53,370 bases of DNA from Candidatus Nomurabacteria bacterium (GTDB lineage: Bacteria; Patescibacteriota; Minisyncoccia; Phycocordibacterales; UBA9973): NCBI GenBank assembly GCA_943359475.1, contig CALRHK010000001.1:1-53370 (forward strand). The letters are read 5' to 3'. Position 1 is the stretch's first letter, and each line of letters starts with the position of its first letter. Below are positions 16,466 through 25,551 of the stretch, piece by piece. The position numbers were made by a program, and so were the translations under genes. Under the pieces are notes generated by a model. The model ran no database searches and was not told the DNA's origin. It saw only the letters and a program-made list of their open reading frames with translations.

Positions 16466-17992
16466 TTAGCGAGCGTATTCAATCACACGCGTCTCACGAA
16501 TCATGGTAACTTTGATTTCACCAGGATACTTAAGTTCTTGTTCAATCTTACGCGCAATTTCTCTCGCAAGATCTTTTGCTTCGATGTCAGTAATTTTGTC
16601 TGGTGTAACAAAAATACGTACTTCGCGACCAGCAGAGATTGCGTAGGATTTTTCAATACCAGCAAAGCCGTTGACAAGCGCTTCGAGTTCAGCAAGTCGC
16701 TTGAGGTAGTTTTCAACGGTATCACGACGTGCACCTGGGCGCCCGCCAGAAATATAGTCAGCAGTTTGTACGATGACTGCCTCGAGACTCTCGTGAGGCC
16801 AATCATCATGGTGGCTTTTCATTGCTGTAATGATACGTTCATCAGCACCAAATTTTTGCAAAATACGCATGCCAATTTCAATGTGCGTCCCTTGTACTTC
16901 GTGGTCGAGGGCTTTACCAATATCGTGTACAAGAGCACCAGCACACGCAATACTTGGATCACCACCCAACTCTTCTGCGAGCATGCGCGCGATATGCGCC
17001 ATTTCGATTGAGTGTTGCAAAACATTTTGTCCGTAACTTGTGCGGAAGTAGAGGCGTCCAATAATTGCTACAATGCGCGGATCAAAATTATAGATACCAC
17101 ATTCATAGACTGCTTGGTCGCCCTTCTCTTTAATAATTTTATTGATTTCCTCTTTTGCTTTCTCAACCATCTCTTCAATTTTTGCAGGTTGAATGCGTCC
17201 ATCAAGGACAAGGTTTTCGAGCGCGAGGCGAGCAATTTGGCGGCGTACGGGATCAAATGATGAAATAACGATTGTTCCTGGAGTGTCGTCAACAATAAGC
17301 TCTACACCCGCTGCACGTTCGAATGCGCGGATATTACGTCCTTCCTTTCCAATAATTTTCCCTTTGATGTCTTCATTGGGTATCGTGACATTTGTAGTCA
17401 TGATTTCTGCGGCAGTAGATGAGGCAAGACGCTGGATTGTAGTAGCAAGAATATCTTTTGCGCGTCGCTCGAGCTTCTCTTCGCTTGATTGTTCGAGTTT
17501 TTGCATACGCACAAGCAAGTCTTCTTCGGCATCACGCTCCATTTCTTTTACAAGAAGCTCCTTTGCGTCTTCGCGAGAAAGATTTGCAATTTTTTCAAGT
17601 GCTGTTTTTTTCTCAAGCTCAAGAGTTTCTGCACGTTCCTTAATTTTCTTTATCTCTTCAACTTTGAGTTTTACATTTTCAACTTCCTTATCAATTTCAA
17701 CTTGTCGCGCATCGAGGAGTTCTTCTTTTTTTATCAAACGCTCTTCGGTGCGCTTACGATCTTCAAGGATTCTTTTTTCTTCCTCTTTAAATTCTTCACG
17801 ATATTCTTCTGCTTTTTTCTTTGCATCATCAAGAATATTTTGCGCTTCTTCTTTTGCGCCGACCATCATTTGCTTGATATCAATTTCTATTGAGCGGCGT
17901 TGTCCGAGGGCAACAATTCGTCGCAAATAGTAACCGACTGCAATTCCGCCAACAAGGGCGAAGAGTGCGGTGATTAGGGTAATACTGTTCAT
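16466..17992 (-). CDS. rny: ribonuclease Y
   Basis: It has an N-terminal TM helix, a long Glu/Lys coiled coil, a KH domain (IKGKIIGKEGRNIRAFE) and an HD domain (ALVHDIGKAL). Confidence 0.93.
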   Translation of the reverse strand: MNSITLITALFALVGGIAVGYYLRRIVALGQRRSIEIDIKQMMVGAKEEAQNILDDAKKKAEEYREEFKEEEKRILEDRKRTEERLIKKEELLDARQVEIDKEVENVKLKVEEIKKIKERAETLELEKKTALEKIANLSREDAKELLVKEMERDAEEDLLVRMQKLEQSSEEKLERRAKDILATTIQRLASSTAAEIMTTNVTIPNEDIKGKIIGKEGRNIRAFERAAGVELIVDDTPGTIVISSFDPVRRQIARLALENLVLDGRIQPAKIEEMVEKAKEEINKIIKEKGDQAVYECGIYNFDPRIVAIIGRLYFRTSYGQNVLQHSIEMAHIARMLAEELGGDPSIACAGALVHDIGKALDHEVQGTHIEIGMRILQKFGADERIITAMKSHHDDWPHESLEAVIVQTADYISGGRPGARRDTVENYLKRLAELEALVNGFAGIEKSYAISAGREVRIFVTPDKITDIEAKDLAREIARKIEQELKYPGEIKVTMIRETRVIEYAR

Positions 17993-18159
17993 GCATGTTT
18001 GCGCCTACAACAAAAAACCACGTCCATGTTCACGAAGATAGTTGGGAACTGTATTATTAGGAGAAGTGGGAAGGAGATACATGTTCGGTTCAGATGCGTT
18101 CGGCGTCACTATTTTTTAAAATCTACATCTTCATAGTAGCAAAACGATTGACCACATAC

Positions 18160-18184
18160 AAGAAAACCCCGCAAGGGGGTTTTC
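18160..18184 (-). terminator. rho-independent terminator downstream of clpP
   Basis: aaaacccc-gcaa-gggggtttt. Confidence 0.65.
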
Positions 18185-18185
18185 G

Positions 18186-18770
18186 CTACATTTTTGCTTT
18201 TGAAATGACTTCATCAACAAGCCCGTACTTTTTCGCCTCATCTGCTTCCATAAAGTTGTCGCGATCAGTATCTTTTTCAACTTTATCAATCTTTTGCCCG
18301 GTGTGTTTTGCGAGTATTTCATTAAGCTTTTTCTTCCACTTAAGTATTTCACGTGCGTGAATCTCCACATCAGACGCTTGGCCTTGAGCTCCACCGAGAA
18401 CTTGGTGAATCATTATCCGTGAGTTAGGAAGTGCAAAACGCTTACCCTTTGCACCACCTGCCATAAGGACTGCACCCATTGATGCTGCAATCCCGATACA
18501 GATTGTAGAAACATCGGGTTTAATAAATTGCATCGTGTCATAGATTGCCATCCCAGCAGTGACAGAACCGCCAGGAGAATTGATATACAACTGGATATCT
18601 TTCTTCGGATCTTTATAGGCAAGGAAAAGAAGTTGAGCAATAACGAGATTTGCAGTGTAGTCGTTGACTTCATCGTTCAAAAAAATGATGCGGTCTTCAA
18701 GGAGTCGTGAATAGATATCATACGCACGTTCACCAAATTGAGACTTTTCTAATACTGTTGGGATTAACAT
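18186..18770 (-). CDS. clpP: ATP-dependent Clp protease proteolytic subunit
   Basis: [41 protein letters not shown]...NSRIMIHQ shows the full Ser-His-Asp context. Confidence 0.95.
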   Translation of the reverse strand: MLIPTVLEKSQFGERAYDIYSRLLEDRIIFLNDEVNDYTANLVIAQLLFLAYKDPKKDIQLYINSPGGSVTAGMAIYDTMQFIKPDVSTICIGIAASMGAVLMAGGAKGKRFALPNSRIMIHQVLGGAQGQASDVEIHAREILKWKKKLNEILAKHTGQKIDKVEKDTDRDNFMEADEAKKYGLVDEVISKAKM

Positions 18771-18866
18771 AATTTTTTAATTAAAGCTTGTAAAATAAGG
18801 ATATTTTCGAGGATAGGCTCATCATACCTCAAAATGAGACTTCTGAAAAGAGGTAGGAGGGGGTAC

Positions 18867-18895
18867 TTGACAAATACCTTGCATTATGCTATCAT
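18867..18895 (+). promoter_or_regulatory. promoter (TTGACA-N17-TATCAT, TG-extended)
   Basis: TTGACA at 18867-18872 and TGcTATCAT ending at 18895, 41 nt before the ATG at 18937. Confidence 0.6.
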
Positions 18896-18936
18896 ATAAG
18901 CAGGTATAAAACAGAACCCTAAAAACAAAAAAATAA

Positions 18937-19434
18937 ATGAAAAAGATCATCTTCCTTCTTATTGTTGTGCCATTCATGGCACTTGCGCAATCATGTTCAA
19001 AGAATAATGATATGCAACCAAGCGTACACGTCTCTGCTGGTGTATCTGTCGGAAACGGCGGCTACAACAACAATGGTGTGATTTACCCGAATGATCAGCT
19101 TGTATGGTTTAACAACCAACAAGTACCAATGTCCACACTTGGTCTTGGACCGCAAGAAATCCATTGGGCAATTATGGTCACTCGTCCAAATATTCAATTT
19201 GGAGCGCCATGTGTTGTTGATATGAATGACGATGGAGTGTACGACACATCGATTTCGGTAGATTTCAACTTGTTTCAGATCTATGCTGACGCTCAGTCGA
19301 TCTGGAATAACTTACCACATGGAGTAGATAAAAAAATCTACATCCAAGTGACGAACTACTCGTTATTGAATAATGGTGGGACAATCACCGTTAAGCAAAA
19401 CAATGTCATCGGAGTCTTTGACACCCGGTGGTAA
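18937..19434 (+). CDS. hypothetical lipoprotein
   Basis: Signal peptide with lipobox: MKKIIFLLIVVPFMALAQSC. It has its own promoter and terminator. Confidence 0.7.
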   Translation: MKKIIFLLIVVPFMALAQSCSKNNDMQPSVHVSAGVSVGNGGYNNNGVIYPNDQLVWFNNQQVPMSTLGLGPQEIHWAIMVTRPNIQFGAPCVVDMNDDGVYDTSISVDFNLFQIYADAQSIWNNLPHGVDKKIYIQVTNYSLLNNGGTITVKQNNVIGVFDTRW

Positions 19435-19459
19435 CAGTACAGTAAAAGTGAATTTGATA

Positions 19460-19486
19460 AGCCGCACCCACAAGGTGCGGTTTTTC
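19460..19486 (+). terminator. rho-independent terminator
   Basis: ccgcacc-cacaa-ggtgcgg followed by ttttt. Confidence 0.75.
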
Positions 19487-19492
19487 TATACC

Positions 19493-19521
19493 TTGACAAA
19501 AGATATAAAAAATAGTATTAT
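19493..19521 (+). promoter_or_regulatory. promoter (TTGACA-N17-TATTAT)
   Basis: TTGACA at 19493-19498 and TATTAT at 19516-19521. Confidence 0.6.
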
Positions 19522-19560
19522 GTGTGTAACAAAACTGTAACTCAAAAACCCATATAATAG

Positions 19561-20196
19561 ATGAAAAAGATTCTAGTGCTTTCTTTTGCAGTGTGTTTGA
19601 TGCTTCGTGCATTACCAACACATGCACAAATTAACTGCTGTCCGCCTCCTCAAATTGTGTATGTGGAACCCCCTATCCGTGAAGTATGTAACAATGAGTT
19701 TTTCATACTCAAAGGTGGCATTGGTTCTGATGCGACAGGAGGAACAACACATTCCGCGCACCCAATTTTATGGGATGCAGATATGAATTTCACCGGTGCT
19801 TCTGGGGCATATATGGGACTTGGTGCCCATGGTACGTTCACGGATTCAATTATTCCTGATACGTTGACTAGGGCCCAGACGCAAGTCGTCGGCATTCATT
19901 TGAATGTTGGGTACGGACTTAACAGGTGTAATTCACGTTTTCTTGCCGGGACAGGATTTGGTATCTTTGGAGGTGTCGCTGCACTCAATCCGAACTACAG
20001 CAAAGTAGGATTTGAGTACGGCGGATTTGCAACTATCGATATGAATCTTATTCGGTTTGATTCTGGTGCCACGATTGGCATCGAATTTATGCCGAAGTTC
20101 ATAATGATTGCTACGCCGGATGCATTTAATGAATGGAGTTATCGCCACAGGGGACACTTTGTTCTCTATGCGAACCTCAAATTTGCATTGCCTTAA
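19561..20196 (+). CDS. hypothetical secreted protein with beta-barrel-like alternating pattern
   Basis: Signal peptide MKKILVLSFAVCLMLRALPTHAQ, then Gly/aromatic-rich alternating strands (VGIHLNVGYGL, GFGIFGGVAAL, VGFEYGGFATIDM, ATIGIEFMPKF, HFVLYANLKFALP). Confidence 0.7.
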   Translation: MKKILVLSFAVCLMLRALPTHAQINCCPPPQIVYVEPPIREVCNNEFFILKGGIGSDATGGTTHSAHPILWDADMNFTGASGAYMGLGAHGTFTDSIIPDTLTRAQTQVVGIHLNVGYGLNRCNSRFLAGTGFGIFGGVAALNPNYSKVGFEYGGFATIDMNLIRFDSGATIGIEFMPKFIMIATPDAFNEWSYRHRGHFVLYANLKFALP

Positions 20197-20223
20197 AAAA
20201 TTGTTCAAAAACCCGTCAGGGTT

Positions 20224-20249
20224 GCCCTTACACATGTAAGGGCTTTTTA
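20224..20249 (+). terminator. rho-independent terminator
   Basis: gcccttac-acat-gtaagggc followed by ttttt. Confidence 0.75.
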
Positions 20250-20250
20250 T

Positions 20251-20279
20251 TTGACAAGTTTGTATTTTTCTGCTATGAT
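20251..20279 (+). promoter_or_regulatory. promoter (TTGACA-N17-TATGAT, TG-extended)
   Basis: TTGACA at 20251-20256 and TGcTATGAT ending at 20279. Confidence 0.6.
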
Positions 20280-20313
20280 TGTACTAGATTTGAAACCCCA
20301 AAAATAAAGATAC

Positions 20314-20850
20314 ATGAAGACACTCTTAATGATCTGCACAGCACTTGCAATGCTCGTTGCGTGCGAAAAAAATGAGACAATCATTAACGCGCCGAATACC
20401 AATGGTTCAAATACCAACGGTGGCAACAATGGTAATAACAACCAGACTGATTCAAGCACTTTGTGTGCAACACTGCCGTGGTATTCATACCAGGCGGATC
20501 AAGTGCCTGTGTATGTCTGGGAAGCATCGTGGGTGAGTGGTGGAACAACGGAGTTTGATTGGGATGGTGATAAAAATCCCGAAATCGACCCACGTTCTCA
20601 TCAGCCATACCGCGCCAGTATCAGTGCAGCACTTTCGGGACCATTACTTGATTCACTCGCAAGTAATCCTTACAACCCCGGATATTTTATAATGGGGCGA
20701 TTGTTAGAAATTAAATCAATGTATTGTGCAGATGAAAAGCTCACCTTTACGATTGTGAATGCGCAACGCACGTCACACGGCAGGTTTACAAGTGGCTCAG
20801 CTGTTATCTATGCAACGTCACGAGGTGAAACCCCGTGGATGAAAAAATAA
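20314..20850 (+). CDS. hypothetical lipoprotein
   Basis: Lipobox MKTLLMICTALAMLVAC followed by an Asn/Gly/Thr-rich linker. It has its own promoter and terminator. Confidence 0.7.
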   Translation: MKTLLMICTALAMLVACEKNETIINAPNTNGSNTNGGNNGNNNQTDSSTLCATLPWYSYQADQVPVYVWEASWVSGGTTEFDWDGDKNPEIDPRSHQPYRASISAALSGPLLDSLASNPYNPGYFIMGRLLEIKSMYCADEKLTFTIVNAQRTSHGRFTSGSAVIYATSRGETPWMKK

Positions 20851-20877
20851 GTTTTTGGTGAACAGTAAAGTGAAAAG

Positions 20878-20910
20878 CAAAACGCTTCCCCGTAAGGAAG
20901 CGTTTTTTTA
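20878..20910. terminator. bidirectional hairpin terminator
   Basis: aacgcttcc-ccgtaa-ggaagcgtt with flanking A- and T-runs, between a convergent lipoprotein gene and tig. Confidence 0.75.
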
Positions 20911-21945
20911 TTGCATCTCTTCTAGTAGTCTGAATACTTTTTCATTTGAGAGGAGGTGTGTTACATACATTCGTGCTCGTATTGGATCAGCGGTCGGTTC
21001 GTGTTCAAGTAAATGTGCGACCTCATGTTCGATATCTTTGTCTTCAGGTGTAAGGTTTTCAACTTTTGCAATTTCTGCAGTGATAAGTTCAATCTTTGCA
21101 CGCTTCTCTGCGTCAGGACGCAAATCTTTTTTAAATTCCTCCTCAGTTTTTTTAAGATGCGAGAGATAGCCTTCAAAGGTGAGACCCATGCGAGTGATAT
21201 CACCCTTAACGCGCGCAAGGAGATTCTCAAGTTCACCCTCTACGAGGATATCTGGAATTTCTGTTTTTGTTTCAGTAATGAGTCGTTCAAGTGTTGCGAT
21301 ACGTATTTTTTCCTTTTCTCGGTGTAGTTTTTCTGCTTTTAAATTGTCTTTAATTTTCGCACGAAGTTCAGCCTCATCTTTGAAATCGCCGAGTGATTTG
21401 AGGAATGTTGCATCGATGGGAGGAAGTGCTTCGGGTGTTTCACTCTCAGCAGTAGTCGGCGTGGTTTCACCATCTTTTTTTGACGCACGCATTTTGCGTA
21501 TTTCAAGAAGGGCGTCATCAACTTCTTTATCTTCAACAGTAGGCTCAACAAATTTTATATTTTCCTCTTTTGCAATTTTTCTGTAATCAGCAAGCGAGAG
21601 TTCTGGAATCACCGCAGTGGTAATTTTGTAGCCGAGCGCATTACCTGCTGCAATTTTGGTGATACCAATCTGAGGTCGACCAATTGCATCGATTTTATTC
21701 TCTTCGAGAATTTTTGGATATTCGTGTGAGAGGGCATGCTCAGCCATTTCTTCAAGAATACTCATTTCAGAAACATATTTTGTAACCATTTGTGCGGGCA
21801 CATGACCTTTGCGAAAACCGGGGACTTCTAGTGTGGCACCAATTTCCTCTATGACATGCGCGCGATAGCCTTCAAATGTAATGGCATCGATTTCGCCTGT
21901 TATTTCCACAAGACTTCCAGGGAGTTTTTTTATTTCTATAGACAT
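20908..21945 (-). CDS. tig: trigger factor lacking the PPIase (FKBP) domain
   Basis: It has the ribosome-binding signature GFRKGHVP in the N-domain and a C-terminal arm domain. It is only 345 aa. The segment where the FKBP domain normally sits is about 20 aa (KKDGETTPTTAESETPEA). Confidence 0.85.
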   Translation of the reverse strand: MSIEIKKLPGSLVEITGEIDAITFEGYRAHVIEEIGATLEVPGFRKGHVPAQMVTKYVSEMSILEEMAEHALSHEYPKILEENKIDAIGRPQIGITKIAAGNALGYKITTAVIPELSLADYRKIAKEENIKFVEPTVEDKEVDDALLEIRKMRASKKDGETTPTTAESETPEALPPIDATFLKSLGDFKDEAELRAKIKDNLKAEKLHREKEKIRIATLERLITETKTEIPDILVEGELENLLARVKGDITRMGLTFEGYLSHLKKTEEEFKKDLRPDAEKRAKIELITAEIAKVENLTPEDKDIEHEVAHLLEHEPTADPIRARMYVTHLLSNEKVFRLLEEMQ

Positions 21946-21977
21946 CTTTCGATACTAACGGAAACTGAGGAAAAACG

Positions 21978-22007
21978 CAAAACGACCCCGTAAAGGGTCG
22001 TTTTTTG
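21978..22007. terminator. bidirectional hairpin terminator
   Basis: aacgaccc-cgtaaa-gggtcgtt followed by tttt. Confidence 0.7.
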
Positions 22008-22016
22008 GTGTACTTC

Positions 22017-22256
22017 TTAGAGTCCTTTATCAAGGGAGCTAAAATCTGGATTGCTGTAATCTTCCCCAATAGCGTTAAGTTCCGCATTTGCTTCTGCTTT
22101 GAGTTGATTTTTATCAACGGAACCCTGACTTGTATTTGTACCGTTTACTACTGGTTCCTTTGGAGTACTTTTAAGAATATAAATACCGAGACCAACGAGT
22201 ATGATAACGATAATGATAGTAAGTACTGTTGGCAGTGAAGATTTTTTTGGTTCCAT
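22017..22256 (-). CDS. hypothetical small single-pass membrane protein
   Basis: 79 aa with the TM helix LPTVLTIIIVIILVGLGIYIL. Confidence 0.55.
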   Translation of the reverse strand: MEPKKSSLPTVLTIIIVIILVGLGIYILKSTPKEPVVNGTNTSQGSVDKNQLKAEANAELNAIGEDYSNPDFSSLDKGL

Positions 22257-22281
22257 AAATGTATGCTAGTGGATAATAATA

Positions 22282-23052
22282 TTATTGTACCGCACTATTC
22301 AAATCAATGCTGAGAGCAAGAGTAATTTCCTGGCGTACAGACATGAGTGCTTTGTGGGCATCAATAGCAGCATCTTTTGCACTTTTTGCCATTTCCTTTA
22401 TTTTTTTCGCATCTGCGCTACTTACAACAGATGGCGTACTGGTTGCAGTTGTTTGGGCACCTTTGACTGTAGCCACAAATGCACTGAGCTCGTTTGCTTT
22501 TGTAGTCGCAAGATCAACTTTTGTTTTTGCATCAATCATAGCAGTCACGGCTTTATCCATATCAAATCCTGCAGTTTCAAGACGGGCGATGACAGTACCA
22601 AGGCGTGAGTAAAGTGAAGTAAGTGTTGTGACTGCCCAATCAAAACGCTTTTCGACAATTTGTCTTTTATTCAATCCTTTTTCATCATCGCCACCTACCT
22701 TTAATTTTGCTTTTTCATCGTGACGCACTTCAATCTTTGACATTGAACCAAGACCGTTTTTTGACTCCTCGGTGCTTGTTGCTGTTTCACCCTTGTGCGA
22801 TTTGAGGAAGGGAAGTATTTTCCCTCCGATTGATCCACGTCCAGATGAACCACCATTATCATCGTCGCCCTCATCTTCATCGTCGTCTGATTCTACGTCA
22901 GAATCATCATCTTCTTCCTTTTGCATGCTGGTAGATGTCGCAGAGTTTGTAGGAGTGTTTTCTTCACGATCTGCCTGTACCTTGTGAGCAAAGGGGAGAA
23001 GTACTAAAAATGCAGCTACGAGCACTGAATAAATTTTCAAATATTTTTTCAT
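22282..23052 (-). CDS. hypothetical secreted protein with poly-acidic tract and helical C-terminal half
   Basis: Signal peptide MKKYLKIYSVLVAAFLVLLPFAHKVQA, an EEDDDSDVESDDDEDEGDDD tract, then an Ala/Lys/Thr-rich helical region. Confidence 0.7.
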   Translation of the reverse strand: MKKYLKIYSVLVAAFLVLLPFAHKVQADREENTPTNSATSTSMQKEEDDDSDVESDDDEDEGDDDNGGSSGRGSIGGKILPFLKSHKGETATSTEESKNGLGSMSKIEVRHDEKAKLKVGGDDEKGLNKRQIVEKRFDWAVTTLTSLYSRLGTVIARLETAGFDMDKAVTAMIDAKTKVDLATTKANELSAFVATVKGAQTTATSTPSVVSSADAKKIKEMAKSAKDAAIDAHKALMSVRQEITLALSIDLNSAVQ

Positions 23053-23157
23053 AGAATATTTTTACTTAATAAATTAACTATTATTCGACAACCATAGAAT
23101 ATGACGATGGAGCCAAATAGTTGTTACAGATAAGTATATCGTGTAATGCGAATATAC

Positions 23158-23181
23158 AAAAAGCCCCGAACGGGGCTTTTT
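23158..23181 (-). terminator. hairpin terminator downstream of ppa
   Basis: aaaaagcccc-gaac-ggggcttttt. Confidence 0.7.
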
Positions 23182-23190
23182 GTATAAGGG

Positions 23191-23775
23191 TTATTTAAGT
23201 TTTGGTGCGTAGTCCTTTATGTATCGTTCCGCACACTCATCGATGATTTTGATTGCTTCAGTGGTTGGGAAAAAACCTTCTGTTTTGCATGTACCAGGCT
23301 TTTTCAAATCTTTGTAGTGCTCCCAGTAGTAGGTGGTTTCTTTTATGAAGTGCTCACTGAGGTCTTCAATCTTTGTAATGTGGTCCATACGCTTATCGTC
23401 TTTGAGTACTGCGATAACTTTGTCATCAACCTCACCGCCGTCATTAAATTTCATAATGCCAATAACGCGTGCTTCAACGAGCGATCCTGGCACGAGCGGT
23501 TCAGTGACACCGACAATTTCAATATCAAGTGGATCACCGTCTTGGTCCCAGGTCATTGGAATTGCGCCATATGCAAAGGGGTATGCAAGTGATGAATAAC
23601 CAACACGATCAAGTTTCAATTGGCCACTTTCGGTAATAATTTCGTATTTATTGATGGTGTGTGAATTAATTTCAATGAGTGCATGTACACTCTTTTTTTC
23701 TGTATCAGCAAATGGTGGAAGGACGTGGAGGAGGTTGAGCTGATATTTTGATGGTTCGTGGTTGATATTTGCCAT
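23191..23775 (-). CDS. ppa: inorganic pyrophosphatase (family I)
   Basis: INKYEI...YPFAYGAIPMTWDQDGDPLDIEIVG...DDKVIAV follows the family I PPase pattern. Confidence 0.88.
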   Translation of the reverse strand: MANINHEPSKYQLNLLHVLPPFADTEKKSVHALIEINSHTINKYEIITESGQLKLDRVGYSSLAYPFAYGAIPMTWDQDGDPLDIEIVGVTEPLVPGSLVEARVIGIMKFNDGGEVDDKVIAVLKDDKRMDHITKIEDLSEHFIKETTYYWEHYKDLKKPGTCKTEGFFPTTEAIKIIDECAERYIKDYAPKLK

Positions 23776-23797
23776 AATAGTATTTTAAAACTGACAA

Positions 23798-25051
23798 TTA
23801 TTCTTCTCGAGTTTCTTCGGCAGAAGGGACTTCTTCCATTGTTGCGCTGTTTCCCTCTACATCCTTGTAAGCTTCTTCGCCAGTCAGGAGTTCACCTTCT
23901 GATTGATCGAAGATATCACCTTCGGATGATACTACTGATTCACCTTTGATTCCCTTGATATCGATTCTCCACCCCGTAAGTTTTGCAGCGAGACGAACAT
24001 TTTGACCACCTTTACCGATTGCGAGTGAGAGTTGGTCGTCAGCAACTTCGACAGTTGCTTTATGTTCTGTCTCATCTATTGCAATATCAAGTGCTTTTGC
24101 AGGAGAAAGTGCGTTTGAAACAAAAACTGAAGGATCCTCGCTCCACTCAATAATGTCGATTTTTTCACCAGAGAGTTCGCTCATTACCGTTGTTACGCGA
24201 ATACCTTTTTGTCCTACGCATGATCCTACTGGGTCCACGTGCTCGTCATTTGACCATACGGCAATTTTCGAACGAGAACCTGCTTCGCGAGCAATCGCTT
24301 TTATCTCAACAACACCAGTAGCAACTTCAGGTGCTTCAACACCAAAGAGAGCCTCAATAAATTTTGGATGTGAGCGAGAGAGACGGAGGTTTACACCACG
24401 AGGGGTTTCTTCCACTGAGTAGAGATACGCTCGAATACGTTGGCCACGAGTGTATCGTTCACCGGGGATTTGTTCCTCAAACGGCAACATGCCGGTCGCA
24501 CGATTGAAATCAATATAAATAACACCGCGCTCTACTTTCTGGACCATGCCAGAAATAATCTCACCTTCGCGACCGCCGTATTCGTCCATAACACTTGATC
24601 GCTCAGCTTCGCGAATGCGTTGAATGATAACTTGTTTTGCTGTTTGGGCTGCAATGCGACCGTAGTCATCTTTTGCCTCCAATGGAAATACAATTTCATC
24701 ATTAACTTCTACACCCTTTTTTATTTTTTGAGCATCTTCAAGGAGAATGTGGTGTTCTGGATTAAAGCGAACTCGTTCATCGTTTGGATCGATTTCATCA
24801 GGGTTTTCTTCGATTCCTTCGGGAATAATACGCACGAGCGTATCATCAACCACTATTTTTACTTGGAGAAATTCTGTGGCACCAGTTTCAATATCAAAAC
24901 GCGCGCGGATGATCTGGCCTTTTTTGCCGTAGTCTTTCTTGTACGCCGCAGCGAGTGCTTGTTCAATAGCATCAATAATTTTTTCTTTTGGAATTTTTCG
25001 CTCTTCCTCGAGTTGCTCAAGGGCAGAACGAAGACCTTTTATATCTAACAT
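23798..25051 (-). CDS. nusA: transcription termination/antitermination factor NusA
   Basis: It has the N-terminal domain (KEKIIDAIEQALAAAYKK), an S1 domain (GEIISGMVQKVERGVIYIDF) and two KH domains (VGSCVGQKGIRV, LAIGKGGQNVRLAAKLTGWRIDI). Confidence 0.93.
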   Translation of the reverse strand: MLDIKGLRSALEQLEEERKIPKEKIIDAIEQALAAAYKKDYGKKGQIIRARFDIETGATEFLQVKIVVDDTLVRIIPEGIEENPDEIDPNDERVRFNPEHHILLEDAQKIKKGVEVNDEIVFPLEAKDDYGRIAAQTAKQVIIQRIREAERSSVMDEYGGREGEIISGMVQKVERGVIYIDFNRATGMLPFEEQIPGERYTRGQRIRAYLYSVEETPRGVNLRLSRSHPKFIEALFGVEAPEVATGVVEIKAIAREAGSRSKIAVWSNDEHVDPVGSCVGQKGIRVTTVMSELSGEKIDIIEWSEDPSVFVSNALSPAKALDIAIDETEHKATVEVADDQLSLAIGKGGQNVRLAAKLTGWRIDIKGIKGESVVSSEGDIFDQSEGELLTGEEAYKDVEGNSATMEEVPSAEETREE

Positions 25052-25213
25052 ATTCTATTTTGTATTAAATTTTAATAAAAAGAGCCCGTGTTTCGACCGG
25101 ACTGTCTACAAATAGTAGTGTGAAAAAACAAAATTGTCAATTTATCCACACAATGACTGAAAGAATAAAAGGTACTCATACTATAATAAACACTATACGT
25201 TAAAAATATTATT

Positions 25214-25549
25214 ATGGACCCAAAAGACATCAACTCATTTATGCATGCACCGGCAGGAAGTTTAATGCCTGACAACGGTGGACGTCGCAAGAAAATAATT
25301 ACAATTATTGTGCTACTTGTAGCTGTTGCAGGTGCAGGATACTACTACCTCAATAGTAAAAAGAATAGTGTCAATGAAGTTGATCAGAAAAAAATCGATA
25401 TACTCAATAGCCTTTCAGGTACCGGTAGTGAAAAAGGAGTAGTAAATACCCTTGGTCCAACACTACCAGCAAAAAAGGGTACAAAAACCCCTCCTCCAAC
25501 TACCGTAACTGATACTACAAGAATAAATGTACTTAATTCACTTAAATAA
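25214..25549 (+). CDS. module A gene 1: small single-pass membrane protein
   Basis: 111 aa with the TM helix IITIIVLLVAVAGAGYYYL and repeated QKKIDILNSL / RINVLNSL motifs. Its stop lies 2 nt before the next ATG. Confidence 0.7.
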   Translation: MDPKDINSFMHAPAGSLMPDNGGRRKKIITIIVLLVAVAGAGYYYLNSKKNSVNEVDQKKIDILNSLSGTGSEKGVVNTLGPTLPAKKGTKTPPPTTVTDTTRINVLNSLK

Positions 25550-25551
25550 TT

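Noticed and set aside
17193-17930. 245-aa Ser/Arg-rich plus-strand ORF, plus 17489-17893
   Set aside because: They are antisense to the Glu/Lys-rich coiled coil of RNase Y. Low-complexity composition mirrors the sense codons, and there is no independent promoter or terminator.
22772-22987. Poly-Ser ORF (SSSPSSSSSSDSTSESSSSS)
   Set aside because: It is the antisense reading of the poly-Asp/Glu tract of the secreted protein at 22282-23052.
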